The translations under genes were made by a program, and so were the position numbers. Positions 48,834-58,040 of a DNA stretch of 64,000 nt are shown piece by piece. The stretch is from a virus: IMG/VR virus record IMGVR_UViG_3300042387_002391, one strand, 5' to 3'. The first letter of the stretch is position 1, and each line of letters begins with the position of its first letter. Under the pieces are notes generated by a model. It saw only the letters and a program-made list of their open reading frames with translations, had not been told where the DNA came from and did no database searches.

Positions 48834-49285
48834 TGGAAGCAGATTTAGGACATTGGGTGCTTTCTGAGGGTCTAGAATATGATCCGGAAGCTTTTGGTAT
48901 GATCTACTTGATTACAAACAAAGTAACAAACAAAAAGTACATCGGAAAGAAGCAATGTGTTTCCAAAGTCAAAAGACCACCATTAAAAGGAAAGACAAGA
49001 AAACGCATAACAATGAAAGAAAGCGATTGGAGGACCTATACTGGTTCATCAAACGAGCTGAATGCTGACATTGCAAAGTATGGTAAAGAAAACTTTTCTT
49101 TTGAAATCTTAGAATGGGGTGGATCAAAATTTGAATTGGGCTATAAAGAGATCAAGAGACAACTACAGGAAGATGCATTGTTGAGCGAGCAATTCTACAA
49201 CGGAATTTTAAATTGTCGTCTATCAAAACCCAAGTATTACGTACCTTATGAGCAATCAAAAAACAAAAACCTTCCCAAAAGCTAG
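48833..49285 (+). CDS. denA: GIY-YIG endonuclease II-like protein
   Basis: GMIYLITN..KKYIGKK, ESDWRTYTGSS and FYNG motifs. Confidence 0.8.
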   Translation: MEADLGHWVLSEGLEYDPEAFGMIYLITNKVTNKKYIGKKQCVSKVKRPPLKGKTRKRITMKESDWRTYTGSSNELNADIAKYGKENFSFEILEWGGSKFELGYKEIKRQLQEDALLSEQFYNGILNCRLSKPKYYVPYEQSKNKNLPKS

Positions 49286-49673
49286 AGTTTGTGTTATTGA
49301 TATCTATCCCTCATTTGAAGAAGGTCTAAAAAAGGCTATAAAATTTTCTCAAGAGCACAACATAATGCTCAATAGTGCGGATGGCAGAAAACTCATCGTT
49401 AGTTATTGCATTAAAGCAATAGAAAATGATTATACTCAAACTTCCAGTCCTTTTCCAAAAGTTCTCTGCATGGCTTCAGAACCAATTAATAAAAAGATTC
49501 AAACGTTCATTGATAACTATTTTAAGAGCATTATGAAGTATGTTCCAATGCCCTATTGTGGAGCTATAAAGCTAGAATCTCCAGATTTAGAAAGTGCTGC
49601 TGAAAATAGTTTGAAGCAACAAAAGACTCAAGGAAAGTTTCAAAAGCTGAGCACGAGACTGAAGCTAAAATAA
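49248..49673 (+). CDS. Hypothetical protein
   Basis: 141-aa ORF overlapping the denA 3' end. Confidence 0.55.
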   Translation: MSNQKTKTFPKARVCVIDIYPSFEEGLKKAIKFSQEHNIMLNSADGRKLIVSYCIKAIENDYTQTSSPFPKVLCMASEPINKKIQTFIDNYFKSIMKYVPMPYCGAIKLESPDLESAAENSLKQQKTQGKFQKLSTRLKLK

Positions 49674-49702
49674 AAAACCGAGCAAATTTTCGTTGCTCGG
49701 CT
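49672..49702 (-). terminator. Intrinsic terminator
   Basis: ccgagcaa..ttgctcgg hairpin preceded by an A-run on the plus strand. Confidence 0.7.
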
Positions 49703-49730
49703 CGTTATTAAGGAACTATAAGTGTTGTAA

Positions 49731-50375
49731 TTAAATCTCAGCAGAAGCAATTAAAGAGCCATCTTCTTCTCCAAAACCACAACCATTGTCTTTAATATAA
49801 AGTTTGATTTGCGGTAGACGGAGGTCTGGAGGTCCGTCTAAACGGATTACTGCAGGAGAGTCTTCTTTAGGAAAGAATGCACCAGTGTTCCTTTCATAAG
49901 ACAGTACCATCGCATTATAAATGTTATCAATTTCTTCTCTGTAAGATTCGTCAATTTCTCTACCTTCTCTTGGAGTAATTGGAATTTCTTTGCGAACAGG
50001 AAGATAAAAAATTACATCAATGTGCTTCATTGCAAATGCGGCAATTGTTTTGCAATCCATAATAAAGTTTTCATCAAATCCTGGAGTTTCTTTTCTATAG
50101 TGCCACAAAGAATAAGCAATATTGTCAATTGGACATCTATCAAAAATTACGAACTTGTCTTCAGAAGTAGAAGCAATTTGAACTTCGTCGACAAGAGCAT
50201 CAAGAATAGCTCTCTGAGATTCAGCGCTTGCTTCTTTATTGAGTTTAATATTCTTCTCTTTGATAATATCTCTATAAGTCTTTTCTGGCTTTTTATACAT
50301 TGGCCATTGTTTGAGAAATTGTTCAATGAGTGTAGACTTGCCAGTGCTGTGTGATCCTATCAAGGCGATTTTCAT
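49731..50375 (-). CDS. P-loop nucleotide-kinase-like protein (AAA_28/NadR-type)
   Basis: GSHSTGKST and FDRCPID motifs. Confidence 0.75.
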   Translation of the reverse strand: MKIALIGSHSTGKSTLIEQFLKQWPMYKKPEKTYRDIIKEKNIKLNKEASAESQRAILDALVDEVQIASTSEDKFVIFDRCPIDNIAYSLWHYRKETPGFDENFIMDCKTIAAFAMKHIDVIFYLPVRKEIPITPREGREIDESYREEIDNIYNAMVLSYERNTGAFFPKEDSPAVIRLDGPPDLRLPQIKLYIKDNGCGFGEEDGSLIASAEI

Positions 50376-50441
50376 AAAGTTTAATTAGTGTTTATATTAG
50401 TATTTTCAAGTGAAAGTTTTTGTGATGCGAGATGTATTTCT

Positions 50442-51401
50442 TTAATTTGTACACGATACATTAGATTCTAATATTTTTGCGATATTCTTCTTATCTTTAT
50501 AATGAATAACGAGTAACTTTATATTCATCTTTTCACAATATTCTTTTTTTATCTGATCTCTTTTTTGTAAAATTTTAAAATATTTTTTCCCTCCGAAAAA
50601 ACTGACAGGCTTAAAATGCTGCAGTCCATGAAATTCGATTATTAAATTAAATTTAGGAACATATATGTCGAACCAGTGGACACTTTGGTCTATTATAACT
50701 TTGTGTTGATGTATATGATCAATACCTCTTTCTTTGAGCCACACTACGATCGAGGACTCTCCTTGCGAAAATCCGCAAGCCTGACATCCGTTTCCGCCAA
50801 TATGATCAGTCATTCGTTGTTTGAACACACCGTGTATTTTACATATTATATTGACGTGAGACTTATAACCAGTATACTCTACTTGGCTGTAATCATACAA
50901 ATCTCCATGCTTTTTTCTCGCTCTTGTGATAAAACTTTCTAACTTAGATGAGGAAGTTTTAAATAAACGTTTTTGCTTATTGCATTTGCTGCAACAAATT
51001 CCTAATATAAGAGACGAAGGAACCTGTGTGAATTTTATATTGCTTTTTTTGCAAAACAACTCTAATTTTGTATGCATGCTTTTGTAAACAGCGTTACTAA
51101 AATCTAAATTATTTACGAACTCCGAAGATGTTCTTTTTTCTAAAATATTTAAAAATTTGTCTATATCGTGACGTTTTTTTGACAACAGTTGTTTTTCAAA
51201 ACCGCATGTCGGGCAACCTTGTCTTAAGCGTGCGTGATCAGCAGGTCTTTGTTGGAACTCTCCGTGAACAGGACAAATGATAGTTACTTTAGTTCCGTCG
51301 TTGACGTAATTTACTTTTGAATAGTCATAAAAGTTATTATGTACTTCGTTAAATCTTTTGACTATTTGTTCTTGTGTTAATTTTTTTGGCATATCTTCCA
51401 T
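50442..51401 (-). mobile_element. Free-standing homing endonuclease gene (Zn repeats + DUF559/Vsr-like nuclease)
   Basis: YDYS...IICP.HG.F.Q...H..GC..C repeats; FDIYVPKFNLIIEFHGLQHF. Confidence 0.85.
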
Positions 51402-51422
51402 GTTTACTTATGGAAGATATGC
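51389..51422 (-). promoter_or_regulatory. 13-bp hairpin sequestering the endonuclease start, TAAGTA at the loop
   Basis: GCATATCTTCCAT-AAGTAAAC-ATGGAAGATATGC. Confidence 0.8.
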
Positions 51423-51433
51423 AAATATTTCTA

Positions 51434-52258
51434 CTACACAGAAACAGTCTTATCCCAGGCTGACACGTGAAGTCTCGTAAGACCAATGTAACCGTATTTT
51501 TTTGCCATTTCTAGTACAAAGCGAGTCCTTTCATGAAAGTTTGCTTGACTATCCAAACCGGGCATCATTAGTATTCTGCTCCAGGGAATCGAAAACGGTT
51601 CAATAAAATCGCGGATAATTTCTTCCAGATCTTTTTCTTCAGAAATTACAAACTTGAACCAATAATTCGGATGTTCCATGATTCTTTGTAGTGCTTCTGG
51701 AACAATTCTCTTGTCTCTCTCCATTCCGGAGTTTGCGAGCTTTACTGAACAATTGATTTGATGGAGATGATTAAAAAGGCCGTCTTCGATAAAAAACGTT
51801 CCGTTTGTTTCTATTTCATTATAAGTCTTCGCATCGTTGTACGCGTCGTGAAAATAATTCAAAAATTGAACGATTGTTTTTTGATGTTTGGGAATAGTAG
51901 GTTCTCCGCCTGACCAAATTAAATGAATTCTTCCTTGTTTGATCCATTCGAGAATATTTTGATCCTTCCAATGACCAATTAATTGATCGTTAGTCATCGT
52001 GTCTCCGAAAAGCCAAATTGGAGCAGTATCGCATGTCCATGTTGCTGTGCCTTCGCCGTGAAGATCGCCAGTAAATGTTCCTGAGTCTGTGTTGCCTCGT
52101 CCAGCATTTTTTACTTCTACGAGGTGTTTTGTTGATAGGCCACAACTTAGATTGCAACCTTTAAGTCGAATAAAATATGCCGGATAGCCTGTCGTGCGTC
52201 CTTCACACTGGATTGAATAAAAATGTTCGGATATTGTTAATTGGTTTGAATTACTCAT
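51434..52258 (-). CDS. queE: 7-carboxy-7-deazaguanine synthase (radical SAM)
   Basis: FYSIQCEG, GCNLSC...CDT, GGEP, IETNG and RLHV motifs. Confidence 0.88.
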   Translation of the reverse strand: MSNSNQLTISEHFYSIQCEGRTTGYPAYFIRLKGCNLSCGLSTKHLVEVKNAGRGNTDSGTFTGDLHGEGTATWTCDTAPIWLFGDTMTNDQLIGHWKDQNILEWIKQGRIHLIWSGGEPTIPKHQKTIVQFLNYFHDAYNDAKTYNEIETNGTFFIEDGLFNHLHQINCSVKLANSGMERDKRIVPEALQRIMEHPNYWFKFVISEEKDLEEIIRDFIEPFSIPWSRILMMPGLDSQANFHERTRFVLEMAKKYGYIGLTRLHVSAWDKTVSV

Positions 52259-52297
52259 AAGAATTTAGTATAAAATATTTTTAGTGGAAATCAATTT

Positions 52298-52771
52298 TTA
52301 TTTTGTGTAAATTGAGGAATTTGCTTCGTGTTCAAAAGCTTCTACCGATTCTACCCAGCAACGGTCTCCATAACTTTCTTTAATCATTTCAGAAGCTACG
52401 TTGAAGCAAAATTCTGCAACCTTTTCGATTCCTACTCCGTCCATGATTTTAAGATTGCAAGCTCTGCGTTCGTGAAGCTGTTTAAAAAGATCCAAGCAGG
52501 GATCAGATTTATCCAGAACGAGCGTATGGTCGAACTGCTCATTGAGGACAGATTTGAGCTTCTTAAGAGAACCATAATCGACACACCAATTACGTTCATC
52601 AAGCTCTTTGCAACCAAATGTAAATTTGGCCTTGAGTTGGTACCCATGAACACGAAAACAAAAATTGCCTTCTCTCACGAGACCTGCTGTTGCTAGTTGA
52701 GGATCAGCCTTCCATTGACGAAATGCGCAAGATCCCAATTCAATAACTTTTGTTGAAGTAAATTTTCCCAT
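52298..52771 (-). CDS. queD: 6-carboxytetrahydropterin synthase
   Basis: AFRQWKA, C..HGY, FDHT and EHEANS motifs. Confidence 0.85.
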   Translation of the reverse strand: MGKFTSTKVIELGSCAFRQWKADPQLATAGLVREGNFCFRVHGYQLKAKFTFGCKELDERNWCVDYGSLKKLKSVLNEQFDHTLVLDKSDPCLDLFKQLHERRACNLKIMDGVGIEKVAEFCFNVASEMIKESYGDRCWVESVEAFEHEANSSIYTK

Positions 52772-52773
52772 AA

Positions 52774-53052
52774 TTAGATTTTTTCAAAATTAATAACTTC
52801 CAAATTCTCTTTAAAATTTTCAAAAATGCTTTCAGACCATTCGTCTTCATAACAATCTTCTTGAACAAACTCAGCATTTGAAAGTTTGATTTGCGGAAGA
52901 CTCTCTTTGAGTTTGATAGCAAGATCAACAAGTTTCTTTTGATAATCTTCTTCTGAAGTTAGAACGATGTTTACAGAACTAGAAAAAAGCAATCCTGAAA
53001 TTGCCATTGATAGTTCCTCTTCTGTTAGTTTGACGTTAATGTGCTTAGACAT
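52774..53052 (-). CDS. Hypothetical protein
   Basis: TTGACA-N16-TAGACT-N6-ATG promoter at 53059-53086. Confidence 0.6.
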   Translation of the reverse strand: MSKHINVKLTEEELSMAISGLLFSSSVNIVLTSEEDYQKKLVDLAIKLKESLPQIKLSNAEFVQEDCYEDEWSESIFENFKENLEVINFEKI

Positions 53053-53082
53053 AAGAAGAGTCTACAGCACAATTTTTTCTTG

Positions 53083-53703
53083 TCAAGCTTTTATCAGTTT
53101 CTTGACGTCTTCTAATTTGAAGCCTTCTTGTGTTGCTTCATTTAAAATTTTGTAAAGGTCTTCAATGACATCATCAACTTTGTCTTGATATTCTAGAAAC
53201 CTTTTATATTTTGCAATGTCTTCAAAATTCTTTGTTTGTTTTTCTAACAAAGAAGTTGCTTCAAGAAGATCAGTCTTCGGTCCAAGAAATCTTTTCAATC
53301 GAAGAATTGTGCGAACCATTGGTGAATAAGCAACTTGTTCTTGTTCAGTTACAGGAGCTTTAATTTTATTTCCCTTTGCATCAATGATTCCGAGAGCATG
53401 GCACTCAAATTCAGAAAAGTCTTTTTTGAGTTCCTTTAAAAGAATTTCATTATCAAGATAGCTCTGCAAAGACTCTCTGTACATATTATTAAAGACCGAA
53501 CCGCGCATATGCAAGTCTCCTTCTGGATTTACTTTGCAGCCTCTTCCGTAGTTTGGAGAACCGCAATAGGAACAACCAGTAGAATCTTGATGAAAGTGAA
53601 CGCCATGCGGACCATAAGCGCACCCTTTGCCTCTATTCGGAGAGCCGCAATACATACAACGGCTCCTTCGTGTAAGAGGTTTGTTAGTAGGCTGCATTAG
53701 CAA
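53083..53703 (-). CDS. T4-like hypothetical protein with two Cys/His repeats
   Basis: CxYCGSPN.G.GC...H twice; LGIIDAKGN motif. Confidence 0.6.
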   Translation of the reverse strand: MLMQPTNKPLTRRSRCMYCGSPNRGKGCAYGPHGVHFHQDSTGCSYCGSPNYGRGCKVNPEGDLHMRGSVFNNMYRESLQSYLDNEILLKELKKDFSEFECHALGIIDAKGNKIKAPVTEQEQVAYSPMVRTILRLKRFLGPKTDLLEATSLLEKQTKNFEDIAKYKRFLEYQDKVDDVIEDLYKILNEATQEGFKLEDVKKLIKA

Positions 53704-53708
53704 GACCC

Positions 53709-54026
53709 TTACTTAGTAGGTTGTGTTCCTTGCTGAGGCTGATTTGGTTGCGTAGGAGTTGTAGCCTTGTTAGCAGTGTTCTGACCACTTTGCTGAGGAG
53801 TGGTTTGTTGTGCTGTTTGGTTTGCTGGAGTAGTTGCTGGCTTTGGAGCGCTTTTGGCTTTATTGAGCTCAATTTCCAAATTTTTGATAAGTTCAGGATT
53901 GCTTCCGTGATCTTTGAAGAGTTGTTGAACTACTTGTTGAACATTTGCAGGAACATTTTCCCACAAAGCAACGTTGATGTCTTCACCTAATACTGAATTG
54001 CAGATTTCGTCGAATGATTTACTCAT
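53709..54026 (-). CDS. Late protein with SFDEICNSVLGE leader and Gln/Pro/Thr-rich tail
   Basis: TAGATAAATA-N5-ATG. Confidence 0.6.
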   Translation of the reverse strand: MSKSFDEICNSVLGEDINVALWENVPANVQQVVQQLFKDHGSNPELIKNLEIELNKAKSAPKPATTPANQTAQQTTPQQSGQNTANKATTPTQPNQPQQGTQPTK

Positions 54027-54079
54027 GATTTTATTTATCTAAAAATAGAAAATTTTCTCCTCAGACCTTAAATAACATT

Positions 54080-55186
54080 ATGATTAATTTTAGAGAGATG
54101 GTATTAGAAGCTATCGATAGTCCGGATGGTGTGCCTTTGGCAACTTTTGCTGCAAGCACCAACACAAAGAAGGGGTTTTTCGATCTGATCAAAACAATTA
54201 AAGACGGATTCCACAAATTTAATGATTCATACGTAAAAACTCCAGGATACTACACACAAGCTTGGTTGTGGGCAGGTCAAAAATTTTCTTACACTTCGGT
54301 TGTAAATCACGAGGAGCTTCAAATAACATATCCAATGCTCGACTTTCTCTTTTTAGTTAAAGAGATGTATAATAAAAAAGATGCTAACTGGGGCACTGAT
54401 ATTTATAGCATAAATGATGTTTCTCCGAAACACGGATTAAAAAAAATAGAGCAAGATTTTTTAAGTGGATTTGCTGCACGATGTACTGCAGGAGTTCAGC
54501 CAGCAGACAGAGATACGTTATTTAATTATACTCCGTTTTCAGCAACGCTCAAATCAGTCCATCAAAAAATTAAAGACACTATTACTAGTGCTGGTCTAAT
54601 TGGAAGAAAAACGATCAAGAATTGCGCAGACAAGGGATATACTGTAAGACAAGCTATTTATTTAGCCACGCAACTAAGACAGAGCAACATGCCTATTATA
54701 TCTAGCATACCTGCTGCTAATAAATCAATCGATGACTTTTTGTATCAATCTGTTATTGGAACAAACTCTTATTTAGGAGGAGCAGTAACGCCGAGCGAAT
54801 CTGGTAAAGGCTTTAAAGCTGCCGTTAAAAGCAAGGTTAGCGCAATTATTAAACCCAAGACAATACCTACAGCAGTAAAAGATATGGTCGAAACACTGAT
54901 AAGTTTTATGGAATCGGTCAAGATTCGTGCAGACGTCTTAACGCCTCCTCCGCTACCCCCAAAACCACAAATGACATCAGACGAAATCAAAGAATCGCTG
55001 AATAAAGTTTTAAATGAAAAGGTAGAGGCGCTCAGCAATGGTACGTCTGAAATCGAAAAAGAAATATACTCAAAGTTGACAAACATGTTAAATCACGTTC
55101 CTGGAGAAAAGGATTGGGTCGGAAAACTCCAAGCAACTGCTTCCGGTTTGAAAAGCGTCGAAAGTGCTCTTGGAATCAAGATGTAA
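54080..55186 (+). CDS. Hypothetical late protein (MINFREMVLE leader)
   Basis: 368-aa ORF; TAAATA-N5-ATG. Confidence 0.65.
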   Translation: MINFREMVLEAIDSPDGVPLATFAASTNTKKGFFDLIKTIKDGFHKFNDSYVKTPGYYTQAWLWAGQKFSYTSVVNHEELQITYPMLDFLFLVKEMYNKKDANWGTDIYSINDVSPKHGLKKIEQDFLSGFAARCTAGVQPADRDTLFNYTPFSATLKSVHQKIKDTITSAGLIGRKTIKNCADKGYTVRQAIYLATQLRQSNMPIISSIPAANKSIDDFLYQSVIGTNSYLGGAVTPSESGKGFKAAVKSKVSAIIKPKTIPTAVKDMVETLISFMESVKIRADVLTPPPLPPKPQMTSDEIKESLNKVLNEKVEALSNGTSEIEKEIYSKLTNMLNHVPGEKDWVGKLQATASGLKSVESALGIKM

Positions 55187-56185
55187 TCAGCCTTTGAGTT
55201 TTTGTTTGATCAGTGCTTCTGGACCGCTTGCAGAATTCTTCACGACAAAATTCCAAGGAATCTCATTTAATTCTAGACTGCAACAAATTTCGTTAAAGTC
55301 TTTGAATTTTTGAAACTCTTTTGGCCATACAAAAACTTTCTTTCCGCTTTTAATATGCTTTTCAATTCTCTTGGCTGTTTGAGGATTGTTCTTGTCGTTA
55401 TCGAAGACATAAATTAGGTCATAACCAATTAGATTATTGAGTGTCATCTCTTGTTTATCGGTTGGAGCTAATGCAGCAATTGCAACACCGTTTTTGACGA
55501 ACATTGAGTCGATTGGACCTTCGAAGACAAACACATAAGGAATTTCTGAACCAACATTAGCAATTCCGAAGATTTCTTTCTCTCCAAACTTTGTCAAATA
55601 TCTTGGAAATTGGTTTTGTGTTAATGATCTCGTCTGATAACAAACAATTTTATTATTATCATCATAAAAAGGTATAACCAAACGATTTTTATGAACCTTG
55701 TCATCTAACGATACAAAAAACTTTTTGCAAGAATTGACTGCACTGAATAATCTTCTGTTATTACAGCACTCCAGAGCAAGTTTTACAAATTTATTATCTT
55801 TATAAAAGTCAATTTGGGCTTTGTCTGTCAGATCAATAGAATTGTCTGGCAAGTCTTGTATAACAAACTCTTTCTTGGCACTTATTTCCCTTATAAACGT
55901 ATTTCCAATCTGTCCGCTCTTTATATTGTTCCTTTTGATGATCTCTGGAATGGTTAGACCAGAAACTTCTTTAACCCACTCAAGTGGTCTCCAAGATTTT
56001 GCACAATTGTGACAATAAAAGTATTGCTTGTTAGGAAAATAAAACAGCCTGCGTGAGCGTCCAACTGATTTACCTTCTTTGCATACCGGACACTCTCCAT
56101 TAAAAACGTTTTGATACTTCTTATGAATTGGTCTTCTGCAATGCGTAAAGAAGACTTCTATAAGAAATTCTTGATTTAGTTCCAC
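55187..56185 (-). CDS. gp61: DNA primase (gp61)
   Basis: CPVC...CHNC zinc finger; RLVIPF, EGPIDSMF and FDND Toprim motifs; TTGAAA-N16-TAGAGT-N6-GTG. Confidence 0.92.
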   Translation of the reverse strand: MELNQEFLIEVFFTHCRRPIHKKYQNVFNGECPVCKEGKSVGRSRRLFYFPNKQYFYCHNCAKSWRPLEWVKEVSGLTIPEIIKRNNIKSGQIGNTFIREISAKKEFVIQDLPDNSIDLTDKAQIDFYKDNKFVKLALECCNNRRLFSAVNSCKKFFVSLDDKVHKNRLVIPFYDDNNKIVCYQTRSLTQNQFPRYLTKFGEKEIFGIANVGSEIPYVFVFEGPIDSMFVKNGVAIAALAPTDKQEMTLNNLIGYDLIYVFDNDKNNPQTAKRIEKHIKSGKKVFVWPKEFQKFKDFNEICCSLELNEIPWNFVVKNSASGPEALIKQKLKG

Positions 56186-56233
56186 GCAACTACTCTACAT
56201 TATAAAAAGCAAATTTCAAATAGCAATTTAAAA

Positions 56234-57016
56234 TTAAGAAAAATCATCCAGATCTATATTCAACTCAGAAGATAAATTTTTACCTACAACCTCTCTGAGT
56301 TTAGCAAATTGTCTATAATCTTTGTCAGTAAATTGGGTGCATGTAAATTTGTTTGTAATAATTTCCGGAGCTCCTTCTAATGTATTGATTGGATTTTCAC
56401 TGCACCAAAAGCCTCCTAGAACTTTCTTAGGAGCGCCTTTTAGAGAAGTAAGCGAGTTAAAGCTACAATAAAAGTCTTCTCCAACTACTTCCGGAGCTCC
56501 TTCTAAAGAAACGAGTTTATTGTACGAGCACAGATATGTTTTCTTACATTCTTTGGGTCCTCCCTTAAGAGTTTTTAAATGGTTAGATCTACATTCAAAC
56601 ATTCCGACTACAGCTGGTGCTCCTTTTAGAGTTATCAGTTCGTTATTTATGCAAGAATACAAACCTTCGACTTGTTTTGGTCCTTTTTCTAGAGAAATAA
56701 GATTATTTTCGCTACAATTAAACCCTCCTTCAACTATTTCAGGAGCCCCCTCCAAAGTATATAACTGGTTTCTGTGACATTGAAAGCTTCCTTCAACTTT
56801 CCAAAAGTTAAAGGGAAGTCTTGTTAACTGTTTGTTTTCTAGATCAACATCTTGATTAATACTTACTGAACCGTCTTCATACACTTCGTGGTATAATCTT
56901 TTTAACCAATTAAGCCATCTTTGCTTGTCTTTTGCTGGACCAAAATATAAAGGTTCTCTCGTACTTTCACAAATACTCTGATAAGCTTCTTCTAGTAATT
57001 TTTGATCTTTGTTCAT
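56234..57016 (-). CDS. 22-aa LRR-like repeat protein with KDQKLLEEAY leader
   Basis: About 7 repeats of L.SL.GAP..V.G.F.CS.N. Confidence 0.8.
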   Translation of the reverse strand: MNKDQKLLEEAYQSICESTREPLYFGPAKDKQRWLNWLKRLYHEVYEDGSVSINQDVDLENKQLTRLPFNFWKVEGSFQCHRNQLYTLEGAPEIVEGGFNCSENNLISLEKGPKQVEGLYSCINNELITLKGAPAVVGMFECRSNHLKTLKGGPKECKKTYLCSYNKLVSLEGAPEVVGEDFYCSFNSLTSLKGAPKKVLGGFWCSENPINTLEGAPEIITNKFTCTQFTDKDYRQFAKLREVVGKNLSSELNIDLDDFS

Positions 57017-57050
57017 ATAATTTTATTTAATGAAGCACTGTTCTTTGTCT

Positions 57051-57089
57051 CAAAAAAAAAGAAGGCTTTTCTTTTTAGGAAAAGCCTTC
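57051..57089 (-). terminator. Intrinsic terminator
   Basis: GAAGGCTTTTC..GAAAAGCCTTC followed by a long poly-T on the minus strand. Confidence 0.88.
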
Positions 57090-57231
57090 AACATTTAATG
57101 TTAGGATTAGTGAACTACCTTTGCAGGCTTCAGGCTCAAGGCCATCTCTTTAAACACTTCAACGCAGTCTTGGTTTTCGAAAGCTCGGTGTTCGTAATCA
57201 GCTGTTCCGGCTGATGAAGGTTTCCCTTCAG
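57051..57231 (-). ncRNA. Putative ~180-nt small RNA with its own promoter and terminator
   Basis: TTGACT-N16-TAAATT (57237-57264); hairpins TGAAGG-GAAA-CCTTCA, ATCAGC..GCTGAT, GCCT-GCAA-AGGT; no ATG at the predicted start. Confidence 0.6.
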
Positions 57232-57268
57232 AAGTTAATTTAGAGTATTTTTATTGTTAGTCAACAAC

Positions 57269-58012
57269 TTAAATTACTGACCAAGATTTGCCTTTATACC
57301 CCATTCCGGCCTGACCCCAAAAACCGTCTTTTGATGCAGGCAAATCACACAAAACTTTTTCAATGTCTCTGAAATTAGATTTGATCGGAATCACGATTAC
57401 GGCAGTGCTGTCGTTAAAATTTGCTGATAAAATTCGAACGCCTTCCTTATCAAAACCGTGTTCTTGAATAGCTTTTTTAAATTCACTTGCTTTGTCAGCA
57501 GAAACAAAAATGCAGTACGAGCTGTCAAATAACTCGCTTGGTAAGTTTGTTGAGGAAACACTTTCTTTAATTGGTTTTTGACCTGTAAGAGCAGCCATTG
57601 TTCTTACATGCACTCTGTCCTTTTCTTTTTCCGTTTCAGAAAGATCTTCGTAAGGAACGTGCTGAGCAGCATTCCACTCACCTTTTGGATTGCGTCTCAT
57701 CCATTCGTCATGAATGTATTTTGCAGCAGCTTCTTCGTCTCCCTTAAATTTATTTACAGCATCAAAAGCTGCTTTTCCTGCTGCTAGATTTTCTTTTTGC
57801 CAATCAGGATGTAATTTTTCAAAGGGAACGTTGATATTCCCTTCTGTTCCGTCAGAATTTTTCTTAATTCTTTCTTTTTTGCCTGTAGGATCAAAATTTT
57901 TGCGCCACTCTTCATGAGCTTTTGAAGCAAATTGTACAATAGCAGGATTCGAGTTTTCAACGAGAAGATGCTCGTTAATAATTTGCTTGAAGAGTGTATC
58001 GAATTTCGTCAT
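57269..58012 (-). CDS. RyR-repeat-like protein with KFDTLFKQIINE leader
   Basis: Two H.EW...VP(F/Y)E.L....K repeats. Confidence 0.65.
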   Translation of the reverse strand: MTKFDTLFKQIINEHLLVENSNPAIVQFASKAHEEWRKNFDPTGKKERIKKNSDGTEGNINVPFEKLHPDWQKENLAAGKAAFDAVNKFKGDEEAAAKYIHDEWMRRNPKGEWNAAQHVPYEDLSETEKEKDRVHVRTMAALTGQKPIKESVSSTNLPSELFDSSYCIFVSADKASEFKKAIQEHGFDKEGVRILSANFNDSTAVIVIPIKSNFRDIEKVLCDLPASKDGFWGQAGMGYKGKSWSVI

Positions 58013-58040
58013 ATACTATTATTGGTTTAATAAAAAGTTA

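Noticed and set aside
48833-49285. Mobile GIY-YIG homing endonuclease
   Set aside because: 150 aa with no DNA-binding tail; motif pattern fits endonuclease II (DenA)
51402-51433. Pseudo-target copy (LHIF vs QueE LHV) before the fifth endonuclease gene
   Set aside because: Too short, and explained by the hairpin arm complementary to the start region
57110-57229. tmRNA-like tag reading frame in the sRNA
   Set aside because: The open frame lacks a typical resume context and ALAA-type end, and no tRNA-like domain is nearby
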